A stretch of DNA of 64,000 nucleotides from Candidatus Latescibacterota bacterium. Lineage in GTDB: Bacteria; Latescibacterota; UBA2968; UBA8231. Of this stretch, positions 9,905 through 19,310 are shown piece by piece. A program made the position numbers and the translations under genes. Below the pieces are notes generated by a model that saw nothing but the letters and a program-made list of their open reading frames with translations, ran no database searches and had not been told where the DNA came from. Numbering within the stretch: the first letter of the stretch is position 1; each line of letters opens with the position of its first letter. The stretch lies in the NCBI GenBank assembly GCA_965221775.1, contig CBDCSU010000006.1, forward strand, positions 1,472,001 through 1,536,000. Direction: 5' to 3'.

Positions 9905-10780
9905 CTAGCGCCGGGTCACGACCCGCTTGCCGCCGGCGATGCGGCCGCCGGCGCTGGACTGCGCGAAGACCACGTACAGCCCCGGGGCGGCGGGACGCCC
10001 GCGGGCGTCGAGTCCGTCCCAGGCCAGGCGCGTCTCGATGGCGGCGGGGCGCCAGTCGGAGAGCCGCGCGACCCGGCGTCCCTCGGCATCGAAGAGCGTG
10101 ACCGCGAGCAGGGCCGGCGCCGCGGGGAGGCGGCACAGGACCTCGAGGCGGCCGCCGAAGGCTTGGGGCCCGGCCTCGATCTGTATGAGGCCGCCGGCTG
10201 CCGCGGCCTGGTCGACGCTGTTGGCCCGCCCGGGGGTGCCGCCGGCGAGGTAGGAAACCCGCCAGGCGGAAGGCTCCCCGCCTTGGCGCTCCCAAGAGTG
10301 GCCGGCGGTCCCCGCGGAGGGATCGTAGGTGAAGGAGTCGGCCACGGCACCGCGGGCATCGCGCAGGAGAACCGTCTCGGGAGCGGAGTTGGACCAACCC
10401 GCGCGGCCGAAGGACCTGTCTTCAATAGTAAGGATTCCTGCCCACCTTTGCACCGAATCGTAGGCCGCGGAGTTGCCGCGATAGCTGCCGTCGACGACGA
10501 CGGCGAAGGCCCCGGGGGCCAGGCGGGTGCCGGACCCGGCGTCGACGAGGGCGTCCAGCTCCTGGGCGTCGCCGAGGCGCCAACCCGCCAGGTCGACGGA
10601 CTCGGCGCCGGTGTTGCGCAGCTCCACGAACTCCTCGTGGTGCTCGCTGCCGGCGGGATCGGCCAGAACCTCGCTCAGAATCACCCGGGCCTGCGCCGGC
10701 GGCGCCTGGCACCAGAGGACGGCCAGCAGAGCGGCGGCCCGGCGGCGGAGCCGGCGCGTTGAACCAACCCGTGCGGTCAC
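9905..10780 (-). CDS. Lamin-tail domain secreted protein with FlgD-like C-terminus
   Basis: VILSEVLADP...EFVELRNTG..VDLAGWRL...GTPGRANS; WDGLDARG..APGLY; GTG overlaps the upstream stop. Confidence 0.75.
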   Translation of the reverse strand: MTARVGSTRRLRRRAAALLAVLWCQAPPAQARVILSEVLADPAGSEHHEEFVELRNTGAESVDLAGWRLGDAQELDALVDAGSGTRLAPGAFAVVVDGSYRGNSAAYDSVQRWAGILTIEDRSFGRAGWSNSAPETVLLRDARGAVADSFTYDPSAGTAGHSWERQGGEPSAWRVSYLAGGTPGRANSVDQAAAAGGLIQIEAGPQAFGGRLEVLCRLPAAPALLAVTLFDAEGRRVARLSDWRPAAIETRLAWDGLDARGRPAAPGLYVVFAQSSAGGRIAGGKRVVTRR

Positions 10781-12894
10781 AGCATCCCTCCTCGCTTGCG
10801 GATCACCCACTCCCCGGCAAGCAAAAGGGCGGCCAGCGACAACCACAGGTACTGGTCGACCTCGACGGCCAGACGCCTCTCCTCGGGGACCACCCGCGGC
10901 GGCGGGCGCAGGCGGGCGCGCAGGTCCCGCCAGGCCTCCAGGGGCCGGTACTCGCCGCCGCTGAGGGCGGCGATCTCGGCCAGGAGGCCGGGGTCGGCGC
11001 GCAGATCGACGGCCTCGACGGAGTGGCTCTCGACGACGAAGCGCCCCCCGGAGCGGCCCAGGGCGGCGCCCTCGTGGGAGGCCTGGACCTCATAGGTGTA
11101 CTCTCCGGCTTCCAGACCGGTCCAGGCGGCGCGGAAGCGGCCGGCCCCGGCGGGCTCCATGGCCGACTCGCGCCCGTCCGGCCCCAGGCGGATGCTGACG
11201 CGGGCCGAATCGACGGGCTCGTTGAGCTGGTCGTAGACCTCGGCCACCACCGCGGCGGGCTCGCCGGCGCGGTACACGGGACTCTCCGGGGAGGAGCGGA
11301 CCCGGCCCTCGACCGAGGCCGCGGCCAGCCAGCGGACGGCGGCGGGCCAGAAGGCGCGCAGGCTCCGCGCCTGCTCTCCGAGGCCGGCGGCGAGCAGATC
11401 CAGACGCCAGAAGCCGGTGCCGGCGGCCACCAGCACCCGGCCGGGCCCCACGGACCCGGCCACCAGCACCGGGTCCCCTGCCGATGTGCGCAGCAGCAGG
11501 CGGGACCCCGGCGCCGGGCGGCCCGCTCGAAGGGTGCCCGCCAGGGGCGGCCAGCCGCGCCAGGAGTCCCCGGCCGCGGTCTGCGCCAGCAACCGGCCGA
11601 GGGGATGGCCGCGGCCCTCGGGAGCCGCCTCCACGGGATCCCCGGTGGCCTCGATGACGGCGGGCCGGCCCCCGGAGAGGGGCAGCAGGCGGTCCAGCGG
11701 CCCGGGAGCGCGCAACAAGCGGGATCCGGCGAAGACGAGGAGCCCCCGCCCCGAGCGCAGGAACCCCTCGATCCCGCCGAGGGCGGCGGCCAGGTCCGGG
11801 TCCGGGTCGACCAGGACCAGGCAGTCCCAGCCCTCCGGGCTTTCGGGGAGGGGCTCGCCGCCGTAGAAGGAGCGGCCGTCCCGCCGGATGCGGGCGGTCA
11901 CCTGCAGGGAGGAGTCGGCGGCCAGGGCGCGCCGCAGGAAGGCGGCCTCGGGGCCGGGAGCGCCCGCGGCGAGGAGGACGCGCAGGCGGTGGCGGCGCAG
12001 GTGCAGGGACAGGAGCCGGCGGTTGTTCTGCCCGGTGAGTTCCCCGTCGAGGCCGCCGACGGCGACCGTGAGCAGGTGCGGACCGGCGGCGAGGGGCGGC
12101 AACTCCAGGTCGGCGGGCAGCACCTGGCCGTCGGCGCCGAGGACGACCCGGGAGCTGACGAGCTGCTCCTCCTCGGTGGAGACGCTCACCTGCGCCGCCC
12201 GACCCTGGTATCCCCAGCTGCGCAGGGAGAGACGCAGGCGGAGGGGGCGGCCGGCGAAGGCGGCCTCGGGAGCCGCGGCGGAGAGGAGCTGAACGTCCGC
12301 CGCCGGGTCGCCGGAACCGGTGCCGAGGGCGTAGACCGGCACGCCGAGGGAGGCGGCCACGGCGGCGGGGTCCTCCCCGAGGTTGTGGCGTCCGTCGGAG
12401 ACCAGCAGCACGCCCCCCAGGGTGCGGCCCTCGGGGACGGCGTCCTCGGCGGCGACCAGCGCGGCGGCGAGGTCGGTGGACCAGCCGGCGGCGGCGACCC
12501 GGGAGAGGGTGTCGAGAGCGACAGGATAGGGGCTGCCCGAGAACCCGCGCACCACCGCGTCGCGCAGATCGTCCCGCAGGCCGCCGCCGAGGACCTCCAC
12601 GGCCCGGTGGAGACGGCTGCTGCCCTGCTCGACCACGTTCATGGAGGCGCTGGTGTCGAGGAGGGCGACCACCACCGGCCGGCGGGCGCTGCGGGCCAAC
12701 CAGGAGAGCAGCGGCTCGGCGAGGACCAGGAGGATCAGGGCCAGGGCCGCGGCCCGCAGGACCCAGAGGAGGCGCCCGGTGGCGGGGTCGACGGCGGGCC
12801 GGGTGCGGCGGTAGATCCAGCGGCCCAGCCAGGCGAGGACCGGAACCAGCAGGAGCCAGAGCCAGACCCCGTCCAGGGACCAGCCCGGGGTCAC
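10777..12894 (-). CDS. VWA-domain membrane protein (with glutamine-amidotransferase-like and Ig-like regions)
   Basis: Two N-terminal TMs, MIDAS LLDTSASM, LLVSDGRHN, C-terminal TM LLLAGEWVIRKRGG. Confidence 0.75.
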   Translation of the reverse strand: MTPGWSLDGVWLWLLLVPVLAWLGRWIYRRTRPAVDPATGRLLWVLRAAALALILLVLAEPLLSWLARSARRPVVVALLDTSASMNVVEQGSSRLHRAVEVLGGGLRDDLRDAVVRGFSGSPYPVALDTLSRVAAAGWSTDLAAALVAAEDAVPEGRTLGGVLLVSDGRHNLGEDPAAVAASLGVPVYALGTGSGDPAADVQLLSAAAPEAAFAGRPLRLRLSLRSWGYQGRAAQVSVSTEEEQLVSSRVVLGADGQVLPADLELPPLAAGPHLLTVAVGGLDGELTGQNNRRLLSLHLRRHRLRVLLAAGAPGPEAAFLRRALAADSSLQVTARIRRDGRSFYGGEPLPESPEGWDCLVLVDPDPDLAAALGGIEGFLRSGRGLLVFAGSRLLRAPGPLDRLLPLSGGRPAVIEATGDPVEAAPEGRGHPLGRLLAQTAAGDSWRGWPPLAGTLRAGRPAPGSRLLLRTSAGDPVLVAGSVGPGRVLVAAGTGFWRLDLLAAGLGEQARSLRAFWPAAVRWLAAASVEGRVRSSPESPVYRAGEPAAVVAEVYDQLNEPVDSARVSIRLGPDGRESAMEPAGAGRFRAAWTGLEAGEYTYEVQASHEGAALGRSGGRFVVESHSVEAVDLRADPGLLAEIAALSGGEYRPLEAWRDLRARLRPPPRVVPEERRLAVEVDQYLWLSLAALLLAGEWVIRKRGGML

Positions 12895-13931
12895 GCCGCC
12901 AGCCCGGGCAGGGGAGGGCGGGGGCGGGCGTCGAGCCCGAAGTCGCTGCGGTCGCCGCGGAGCAGGCGGAAGCGGCCGGCGGCGGCGATCATGGCGGCGT
13001 TGTCCGTGCACAGCACCGGCTCGGGGACGAAGAGCGCGGCCCCCCGCGCGTCGAGGGCTTCGCGCAGCCGCCGGCGCAGGCGACGGTTCGCGGCGACGCC
13101 GCCCACCAGGGCGACCCGCTCCACGCCGGTGCTCTCCACCGCCTCTTGCGTGCGGCCCACGAGGACGTCCACCACCGCCTCCTGGAAAGAGGCGGCCACG
13201 TCTTCGGTGGACGGCCGAGCCCCGCCGCCGTCCACGAGCCGGCGCCGGACCGCCGTCTTGAGACCGCTGAAGCTGAAGTCGAGGCCGTCCCGGTCGGGCC
13301 GCGCCCGGGGCAGGTCGACGGCCCGGGGATCACCGCTCGCCGCGGCCTCGGACACGACCCGGCCGCCGTGCACCGCCGAGGTGGAGGAGAGCAGGCCCAG
13401 GAGCCGGGCGACCTTGTCGAAGGCCTCCCCGGCGGCGTCGTCGAGGGTGCGGCCGAGGCAGCGGTAGTCGCCCCAGGCCCGGACGTGGATCAGCTCGGTG
13501 TGGCCCCCGGAGACGAGGAGGGCGGCGAAGGGGGGCTCCAGGCCGGCGCCGCCGAGGCGGGCCGAGAACAGGTGGCCCTCCAGATGATGGACCCCGACGA
13601 GGGCGAGGTTCCGGGCCCAGGCCAGGGCCTTGGCGAAGTTGACCCCCACGAGGAGGGAGCCCACCAGGCCGGGGCCGAAGGTGACGGCCACCGCCTGGAG
13701 GTCGTCCAGGGAGGCGCCGGCCTCCCGCAGGGCCTGCTCGACGACGGGCTGCAGGGTCCGCAGGTGGGCCCGGGAGGCCAGCTCCGGGACCACCCCCCCG
13801 TAGGCGGCGTGGTCCTGCTGGGAGAGGACGATGTTGGAGAGGACGCTCCCGCCCCCGTCGAGAACGGCGGCGGAGGTCTCGTCGCAGGAGGTCTCGAGGC
13901 CGAGGAGGGTCACTCGCTCGCGGCCTTCCAC
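12891..13931 (-). CDS. tsaD: tRNA N6-adenosine threonylcarbamoyltransferase
   Basis: LGLETSCDET, GGVVPELASRAH, HHLEGH, LLVSGGHT, FSFSGLKT, CTDNAAMI. Confidence 0.97.
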   Translation of the reverse strand: MEGRERVTLLGLETSCDETSAAVLDGGGSVLSNIVLSQQDHAAYGGVVPELASRAHLRTLQPVVEQALREAGASLDDLQAVAVTFGPGLVGSLLVGVNFAKALAWARNLALVGVHHLEGHLFSARLGGAGLEPPFAALLVSGGHTELIHVRAWGDYRCLGRTLDDAAGEAFDKVARLLGLLSSTSAVHGGRVVSEAAASGDPRAVDLPRARPDRDGLDFSFSGLKTAVRRRLVDGGGARPSTEDVAASFQEAVVDVLVGRTQEAVESTGVERVALVGGVAANRRLRRRLREALDARGAALFVPEPVLCTDNAAMIAAAGRFRLLRGDRSDFGLDARPRPPLPGLAA

Positions 13932-13939
13932 GTCACGGG

Positions 13940-14293
13940 CTAGGTTGAATCAGTGAGCGCCTTGACTGGCGGGGTCTCCACTGCTTTCGAGGCTTCGAGC
14001 TTGTGGATGCGATCTTCCAAGCGGCGCAGGTCGGTTCTTACCCCCTCGGCCAAGTAGGCCGCGCCGTTGTGCATGAGCACATTGCAGGAGCTCATGTTGA
14101 CCAGGATGGTGACCGTGACGAGGGCCGCAGCCGTGCAAACGATCGTCTCCTTGTGGTTCCTGAACCAACCCTCTAGACGTCTTGTCGGCTTCTCGGGCTC
14201 AGGAGGATAGTCGTCAAACAGTTCTGGGGGAGGGGCCTCAACATCGAAATCCGGGGGGACATCATCTCTGTCGTCTGGAGGCGAGGAGGCCAT
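13940..14293 (-). CDS. Hypothetical single-TM protein, candidate toxin partner of the Panacea antitoxin
   Basis: ATG overlaps the antitoxin TGA (TGATG); acidic/Pro-rich N-terminus, TM TIVCTAAALVTVTILV, short coiled coil; atypical codon usage. Confidence 0.6.
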   Translation of the reverse strand: MASSPPDDRDDVPPDFDVEAPPPELFDDYPPEPEKPTRRLEGWFRNHKETIVCTAAALVTVTILVNMSSCNVLMHNGAAYLAEGVRTDLRRLEDRIHKLEASKAVETPPVKALTDST

Positions 14294-14760
14294 CACTTCT
14301 TGAATCTTCTGTGGAAGTGGCGATACAGGTCGTTCGTGGTGATCTTGTAGTCTTGGGTCTGATCGCCCCGCCTTCTCGCGGCACGCCAAGGCATCTCTCT
14401 GTGCGTCATCTGGCGGAGCCTCCAGGCTGAGAACTGTCCGAATCTGTCGTAGACGCTTCGCATCAGCTGAATCTGAGGGGCTTCAAAGTCGCCCATCAGA
14501 GGGCCTTCGGGGAGTTCCACGAGGCGAATCGGCATGCGCCCCAAGTGCGTGTATTCCTGCCACACTGAAGGCACGACGGGGCCGTGTTCCCATGCCTCAA
14601 TTCGATCCCTGAACAGCACCTGCTCTTCGAACGCAGCGACGTGGAAGCCTTGGAAGTAGTAGAGGAGCTTCTGCAACTTCATGTTGGTGATGCTGTCGCC
14701 GTCGTCGTACAGGTCGCCCATCCGCACGATATACCTCACCACAGCGTCTACGGCAGCCAT
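14293..14760 (-). CDS. Panacea/SocA (DUF4065) family antitoxin
   Basis: ITNMKLQKLLYYFQG...LF..RIEAWEHGPVVP...FSAWRLRQMTHREMPW signature; GGAGG RBS before ATG at 14760. Confidence 0.88.
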   Translation of the reverse strand: MAAVDAVVRYIVRMGDLYDDGDSITNMKLQKLLYYFQGFHVAAFEEQVLFRDRIEAWEHGPVVPSVWQEYTHLGRMPIRLVELPEGPLMGDFEAPQIQLMRSVYDRFGQFSAWRLRQMTHREMPWRAARRRGDQTQDYKITTNDLYRHFHRRFKK

Positions 14761-14791
14761 CGGCGGCCTCCGGGGAAGAGGGTTCCTGGAA

Positions 14792-14819
14792 AACCTAACC
14801 ACCCCTCCCGATCCGTCAA
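14792..14819 (-). promoter_or_regulatory. Putative sigma70 promoter of the Panacea gene
   Basis: TTGACG-16 nt-TAGGTT on the minus strand. Confidence 0.4.
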
Positions 14820-15227
14820 ACCGACTTTGCAGGATCGAGATGACGCTCTCAACCCGAGTCGGCAACCCCAGGCTGATCGCCCCCACCGTCAGCTTGACAA
14901 GATCTTCGGTGGAGCCAGCGCCTCCATCAGGTCCAGCAGGTCGGATGGACCGAAGGTGCCATCAGCCAGGCGGGCGAAGGCGATTTCTTCGACCGTTCAC
15001 GATTTTCCGGAGCCGTCCCTTGTTCAGCGGCCACGATAGCCGTTCGGCCGTCCATGATGCGGTGTGCATCAGGCCAGCGTTCAGCGAGCTGCCTCCAAGC
15101 GTATTCGGATTCCCCCGACAGGCTGATCAGGTACAGGATTCTCACGAGCGGGGTCCGGCGAGAGGTGGTTGGGTTGGGTGAGAGATTACCGTGCGCCCTC
15201 CGGGCGGTCAACCGGCGCCGAGGAGGG

Positions 15228-16169
15228 TCACTCGATCAGGGGTAGCAGGACTTCGGCCTCGGCGGGGTCGACCTGCCGGACTTCGTAGAGGCGGCCTCCG
15301 GGGACCTGGATGGGACGCGGGCCCTCGTCCGCGGCATACTCCACGAAGAGGCCGAGATCGGTTTCGGGATCCAGGGCTCCGATGAGGTCGGCGCCGCCGC
15401 GAACGCGCACGGTGACCCGGGGGGGGCTGACCGCGGCGCCGGCAGGCCCGCCGCGGACGGCGACGGGCACCTCCGGGATCTCGTACTCGGCCAGCTCCTG
15501 CACGTCGACGATGATCCTCACCTCGCCGGACTCTCCGTCGGAGAGGCGGATCATGGTGTCCGGCGGAGGCCGGACGGCGACCATGCGGTCGACGTCGGCG
15601 GTCAACTCCTGCTCCAGGAGGGAGTCGGTCTCCACGGCCTCGACGGACCGCATCTGGCTGGCAGGGCCCACCATGCGCACGGAATCCGGGGAGACGCGGA
15701 CGCCGCCGACGCGGGTGTAGGCATCGGCGACCCGGAGGTCGACCTGGGGGCGAACGGGAAAGCTGCGCTCGGCGCGGCGGTCGACCTGCAGGCTCAGCAC
15801 GCGGGGCTCGACCACCCTCTCGACACCGATTTCGTACTCGGAGTCGACCACCACCTGGTCCTCCCGCAGGCGCACGGGGAGGGTGCCGGGGCCCCGGGAC
15901 TTGGGCGCGACCCGCAACTCCAGGTCGGAGGCGGAGGTGCGCAGCAGGTCCATGCCGACACCCTTGACGACGACGCGGACCGTGGCCGGCGGCGGGCTCG
16001 CCAGGACGATGGGAAAGCCGCCGGTGGGGTTGGCGGGATCGGCGACCACCAGGGGGATCTCCAGCTCCCGGTGGAAGGAGTGTCCGCTGATGGCGTAGAG
16101 CCACAGGCCGCCGCCCATCAGGACGGCGCCGAGCTTGAGCCCCCAGTCGGCGAAGAGCCAGCGCCGCAT
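15228..16169 (-). CDS. YbbR/CdaR-like domain protein
   Basis: DWGLKLGAVLMGGGLWLYA N-terminal TM followed by three YbbR-like repeats (PATVRVVVKG, SPDSVRMVGP, SPPRVTVRVRG). Confidence 0.8.
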   Translation of the reverse strand: MRRWLFADWGLKLGAVLMGGGLWLYAISGHSFHRELEIPLVVADPANPTGGFPIVLASPPPATVRVVVKGVGMDLLRTSASDLELRVAPKSRGPGTLPVRLREDQVVVDSEYEIGVERVVEPRVLSLQVDRRAERSFPVRPQVDLRVADAYTRVGGVRVSPDSVRMVGPASQMRSVEAVETDSLLEQELTADVDRMVAVRPPPDTMIRLSDGESGEVRIIVDVQELAEYEIPEVPVAVRGGPAGAAVSPPRVTVRVRGGADLIGALDPETDLGLFVEYAADEGPRPIQVPGGRLYEVRQVDPAEAEVLLPLIE

Positions 16170-16188
16170 CAGGAGGCCCGCGAGGAGG

Positions 16189-16380
16189 CTATTTCCAGGA
16201 TTCCCGGACCTCCTTGCCGACGCTCAGCTCGCCGTTGTCGATCCGGAGGTTGTATCCGCACTCCGGGTAGGTGCAGACCCAGGCCTTGTAGTGGATGGCG
16301 GCGCCGTCGCGTCCGTAGTCGGACAGCGGGACCAGCACACCCTGCTCGCACTTCAGGCAGGTAGGGAATCCAGTATCCAT
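16189..16380 (-). CDS. Small zinc-ribbon protein (63 aa)
   Basis: MDTGFPTCLKCEQGVLVPLSDYG...KAWVCTYPECGYNLRIDNG; CxxC...CxxxxC; GAGGGAGG upstream. Confidence 0.75.
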   Translation of the reverse strand: MDTGFPTCLKCEQGVLVPLSDYGRDGAAIHYKAWVCTYPECGYNLRIDNGELSVGKEVRESWK

Positions 16381-16417
16381 GCAAGAAGCCCTCCCTCTCG
16401 ATGATGCCTTCGCTCGG

Positions 16418-16870
16418 TCAGCGCGAAACGCGCGCCTGCCGCCGGGCACAGGCGCGCACGGCCTCCTCCTGGCCGGGGGTCTCCACCGACCCCGGGCGGC
16501 GGCGGCGGACCTCCTCCAGGGCGTCCTCGGGGTCGGTCCCGGTGGCCACGAGATAGCACGCGAGCATGGTACCCGTGCGCCCCAGCCCGGCCCGGCAGTG
16601 GACGGCGGCGGCCAGGCCGTCGCCCTCGGCGGCGTGGACGAACTCCAGGAAACGGTCGACCTGCCCGGGGCCCGGGACGGTCATGTCCCGCACCGGCAGG
16701 TGCAGATAGCGCAGGCCCCGCGACTCCGGCCACAGGCCCAGCTCGGTAAGGGAGACCAGGGCGCCCACGCCGGCGCCCTCCAGGGCGCGGAGATCAGCCC
16801 CCGTCAGCTCCCCCGAGAGGCCGAAGCCGGCCATGCGGCCGGGGCGGATCCAGCCGAAGTTGTGGATCAT
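16418..16870 (-). CDS. Dual-specificity protein phosphatase (Cys-based PTP family)
   Basis: HLPVRDMTVP, catalytic VHCRAGLGRTG, RPGSVETPGQ. Confidence 0.88.
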   Translation of the reverse strand: MIHNFGWIRPGRMAGFGLSGELTGADLRALEGAGVGALVSLTELGLWPESRGLRYLHLPVRDMTVPGPGQVDRFLEFVHAAEGDGLAAAVHCRAGLGRTGTMLACYLVATGTDPEDALEEVRRRRPGSVETPGQEEAVRACARRQARVSR

Positions 16871-17553
16871 GGCGCCGGCGCCTCCCGGCCGGGCGGACCC
16901 TCGACCCAGTACTGGCCATCGGGGCCGACCTCCTTCTTCCAGATGGGGACCTCCTCCTTGAGCCGGTCCACCAGGTGGTGGCAGGCCTCGAAAGCCTCCC
17001 GCCGGTGGCCCGCGGCGACGCTGACGAGGATGGAGATCTCGCCGATTTCCAGGCGGCCGACGCGGTGCAGGATGCCGATCCGGCCCACCGGCCAGCGCTC
17101 CCGCGCCCGGGCGGCCAGTCGCGCCATGACGCGCTCGGCCATCTCCGGGTAGGCCTCGTACTCCAGGTACGAGGTCTCGCGCTCCCCGGTGCGGTTGCGG
17201 ACGGTGCCCGAAAAGGTGACGACAGCCCCGTCACCCGGGGCCCGCACTTGGTCCTGCAGGGCATCCACGGCAATCGCCTCCGTGACGATGCGGAAGACGT
17301 CGCCGGAGCCGCCGCTGACGGGCGGGATGAGGGCGACCTCGTCGCCATCGCTCAGGCGGGCGTCACGGGAGGCGTACTCGGCGTTCACTGCAACCTGCAG
17401 CGAGCCCGAGAGAGGCCCCAGGGACGGATGCGCGCGGCAGAGGATGTCGAGGAGCGCGGCCACGGTGGTGGGCCCATCCAACTCCACGTCGGTTTCCCGC
17501 AGGCCGGCGGCTTCACGGCAGGAGGCGAAGAACAGAACCTTCAGACGAGCCAT
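16867..17553 (-). CDS. Fused molybdopterin synthase MoaD-MoaE (MoaX-like)
   Basis: KVLFFASCREAAG...AVNAEY...VALIPPVSGG (MoaD) fused to GAVVTFSGTVRN...YEAYPEMA...HRVG...LKEEVPIWKKE (MoaE). Confidence 0.9.
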   Translation of the reverse strand: MARLKVLFFASCREAAGLRETDVELDGPTTVAALLDILCRAHPSLGPLSGSLQVAVNAEYASRDARLSDGDEVALIPPVSGGSGDVFRIVTEAIAVDALQDQVRAPGDGAVVTFSGTVRNRTGERETSYLEYEAYPEMAERVMARLAARARERWPVGRIGILHRVGRLEIGEISILVSVAAGHRREAFEACHHLVDRLKEEVPIWKKEVGPDGQYWVEGPPGREAPAP

Positions 17554-17645
17554 GTCCCTAATGTACAAAGGCCGCCGGATCCCGTGCGGGTTCCGGCGGC
17601 CAAGTGGCGCTCCGCGACCACTGTCGGCCCGGGCCTCGGCTCCCT

Positions 17646-19199
17646 CTACTGCAGGAGGGTCATCTTCTTCATGGAGGTGAAGGCCCCGGCGCGCAACTCA
17701 TAGTAGTAGACGCCGCTGCCTACCCTCACACCCCGCGAGTCCCGCCCGTCCCAGGTCTCGCGGTAGCTCCCGGCGGGCAAGGATGCCTCGGTGAGGGTGC
17801 GCACCCGCTGGCCGAGGCCGTCGTAGATGCGCAGGGTCACGAAGGAGCCCTCGGCGAGGTCGAAGCGGATGGTGGTGCCCGGGTTGAAGGGGTTGGGGTA
17901 GTTCTGCTCCAGGCCGCTGGCGAGCGGTACGACCTGCTCGCCGACAGCGGTGGCGAAGACGACCTCGATGGTCCCGGAGCGGCTGACGGCGCCGTTCAGA
18001 TCGATCTGCCGCAGGTAGTAGAAGACCACGTCCGCCGCGGGCGGATCGACATCGACGAACTCGTAGGTGCGGAACTCGTCGCTGGTGCCGGCGCCCGGAA
18101 CCAGGTCGCCCACGCGCTCGAAAGTCGCGCCGTCCACACTGCGGTAGACCTCCCAGCCGAGGTTGTTGGTCTGGGAGGCGACCCCCCAACGCAACAGAAT
18201 CTCGTCCTCGCCGGCGATCTCACCGGCAAAGCTGGCGAGCTCGGCAGGGACGGGAACGTCCCAGGTGACGCTGAAATCGACGCTCAGATCCCTCGACTCG
18301 CCACCGGTGTTGGGGGCGCTGGTGGCGGCCGAAACCATGGCGCTGGTGCTGCCGGCGGAGTCGTCGCCCTCGGCGTCGAGGGTGATGGAGGCGGACCCGG
18401 AGGCGTCGGTGTCCACGCTCACCTCCAGGCTCTCGCCGGCGGCCAGAGATCCCTCGCCCAGCACGTGGACGGTCTCGGAGCCGGAATTGCTCACGGTGAA
18501 GGTGACCGCCTGGCCCGCGGCGGCAGCCCCCGTGGCGTCGGCAAAGACGACGCCCAGGGTGACCTCGCCGAGGCTGCCGTCAGCGGCCGCGCCCATCCCC
18601 AGGGGCGAGTAGTCGGCGCTCACGTCGATGGCGGTGGAGGCGGTCAGGCTGGGCTCGGTGACCGGCGGAGGAGGCGGGTTGATCGTCACCGAGAGCCCGA
18701 GATCCTCGCCGGAGAACTCGTCGCGGTCCTCCCGGCTCGGGCCGACGGAGATCAGGGCGACGCTCAAGGATGCCTCCGTCTCGGCCGTGAAACTATCGGA
18801 GGTCTTCACCGAAAGGGTGATGGAAGCCTCGCCATCGACCTGATCCGGCGGCGTGACGGCGGCGGCCATGCGCACCTGGTTGTCGGTCCCCTCTTCCACC
18901 AGACCCGGTGTCAGCAGCGTCTGGACATCCTCGAAGCCGCCCCCAAGGGCGAGCCTGGCGGAGTTCAGATTGAAGTGGGCGGCGTCGGACACCTGCAGAA
19001 CAACCTCCAACTGCTTTACCCCGACGAGGCCCTCGGCCGCGACCTCCAGGCGGACCCTCTCATCCGCCCCCACACCGGCGACAGACATCTCGCCCACGAG
19101 GGTAAAGGCCGCGTTCTCGTTGTCCCCGGCGAGAACCCCGCCGGCCACGGCGAGGGAAAGGGCTACGGCGATCGGTGCTGCCTTGCGCAGAATCAGCAT
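17646..19199 (-). CDS. Secreted Ig-like protein with C-terminal PNPFNP/FlgD-type sorting domain
   Basis: Signal peptide; PAELASF...LLRW...NNLGWEVYRS; NYPNPFNPGTTIRF...WDGRD...SGVYYY...KKMTLLQ. Confidence 0.8.
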   Translation of the reverse strand: MLILRKAAPIAVALSLAVAGGVLAGDNENAAFTLVGEMSVAGVGADERVRLEVAAEGLVGVKQLEVVLQVSDAAHFNLNSARLALGGGFEDVQTLLTPGLVEEGTDNQVRMAAAVTPPDQVDGEASITLSVKTSDSFTAETEASLSVALISVGPSREDRDEFSGEDLGLSVTINPPPPPVTEPSLTASTAIDVSADYSPLGMGAAADGSLGEVTLGVVFADATGAAAAGQAVTFTVSNSGSETVHVLGEGSLAAGESLEVSVDTDASGSASITLDAEGDDSAGSTSAMVSAATSAPNTGGESRDLSVDFSVTWDVPVPAELASFAGEIAGEDEILLRWGVASQTNNLGWEVYRSVDGATFERVGDLVPGAGTSDEFRTYEFVDVDPPAADVVFYYLRQIDLNGAVSRSGTIEVVFATAVGEQVVPLASGLEQNYPNPFNPGTTIRFDLAEGSFVTLRIYDGLGQRVRTLTEASLPAGSYRETWDGRDSRGVRVGSGVYYYELRAGAFTSMKKMTLLQ

Positions 19200-19245
19200 T
19201 CCTGGGCCCGGCCTGGTTAGGTGTCCGAAGCGAGGGGTGAATGTG

Positions 19246-19283
19246 GAAGATGGGACCCCGCCCTGGGGCGGGATCCCATCTTC
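19246..19283 (-). terminator. Long stem-loop between the two surface-protein genes (terminator or mRNA-stabilising hairpin)
   Basis: GAAGATGGGA-C-CCCGCC / GGCGGG-A-TCCCATCTTC; the C-A mismatch becomes a G-U pair on the minus strand; no strong U-tract. Confidence 0.6.
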
Positions 19284-19310
19284 AAACCACGGTGGAACTG
19301 AACCTGCCTC

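Noticed and set aside
16169-16384. Alternative 71-aa minus ORF
   Set aside because: Overlaps the better-supported zinc-ribbon ORF in another frame.
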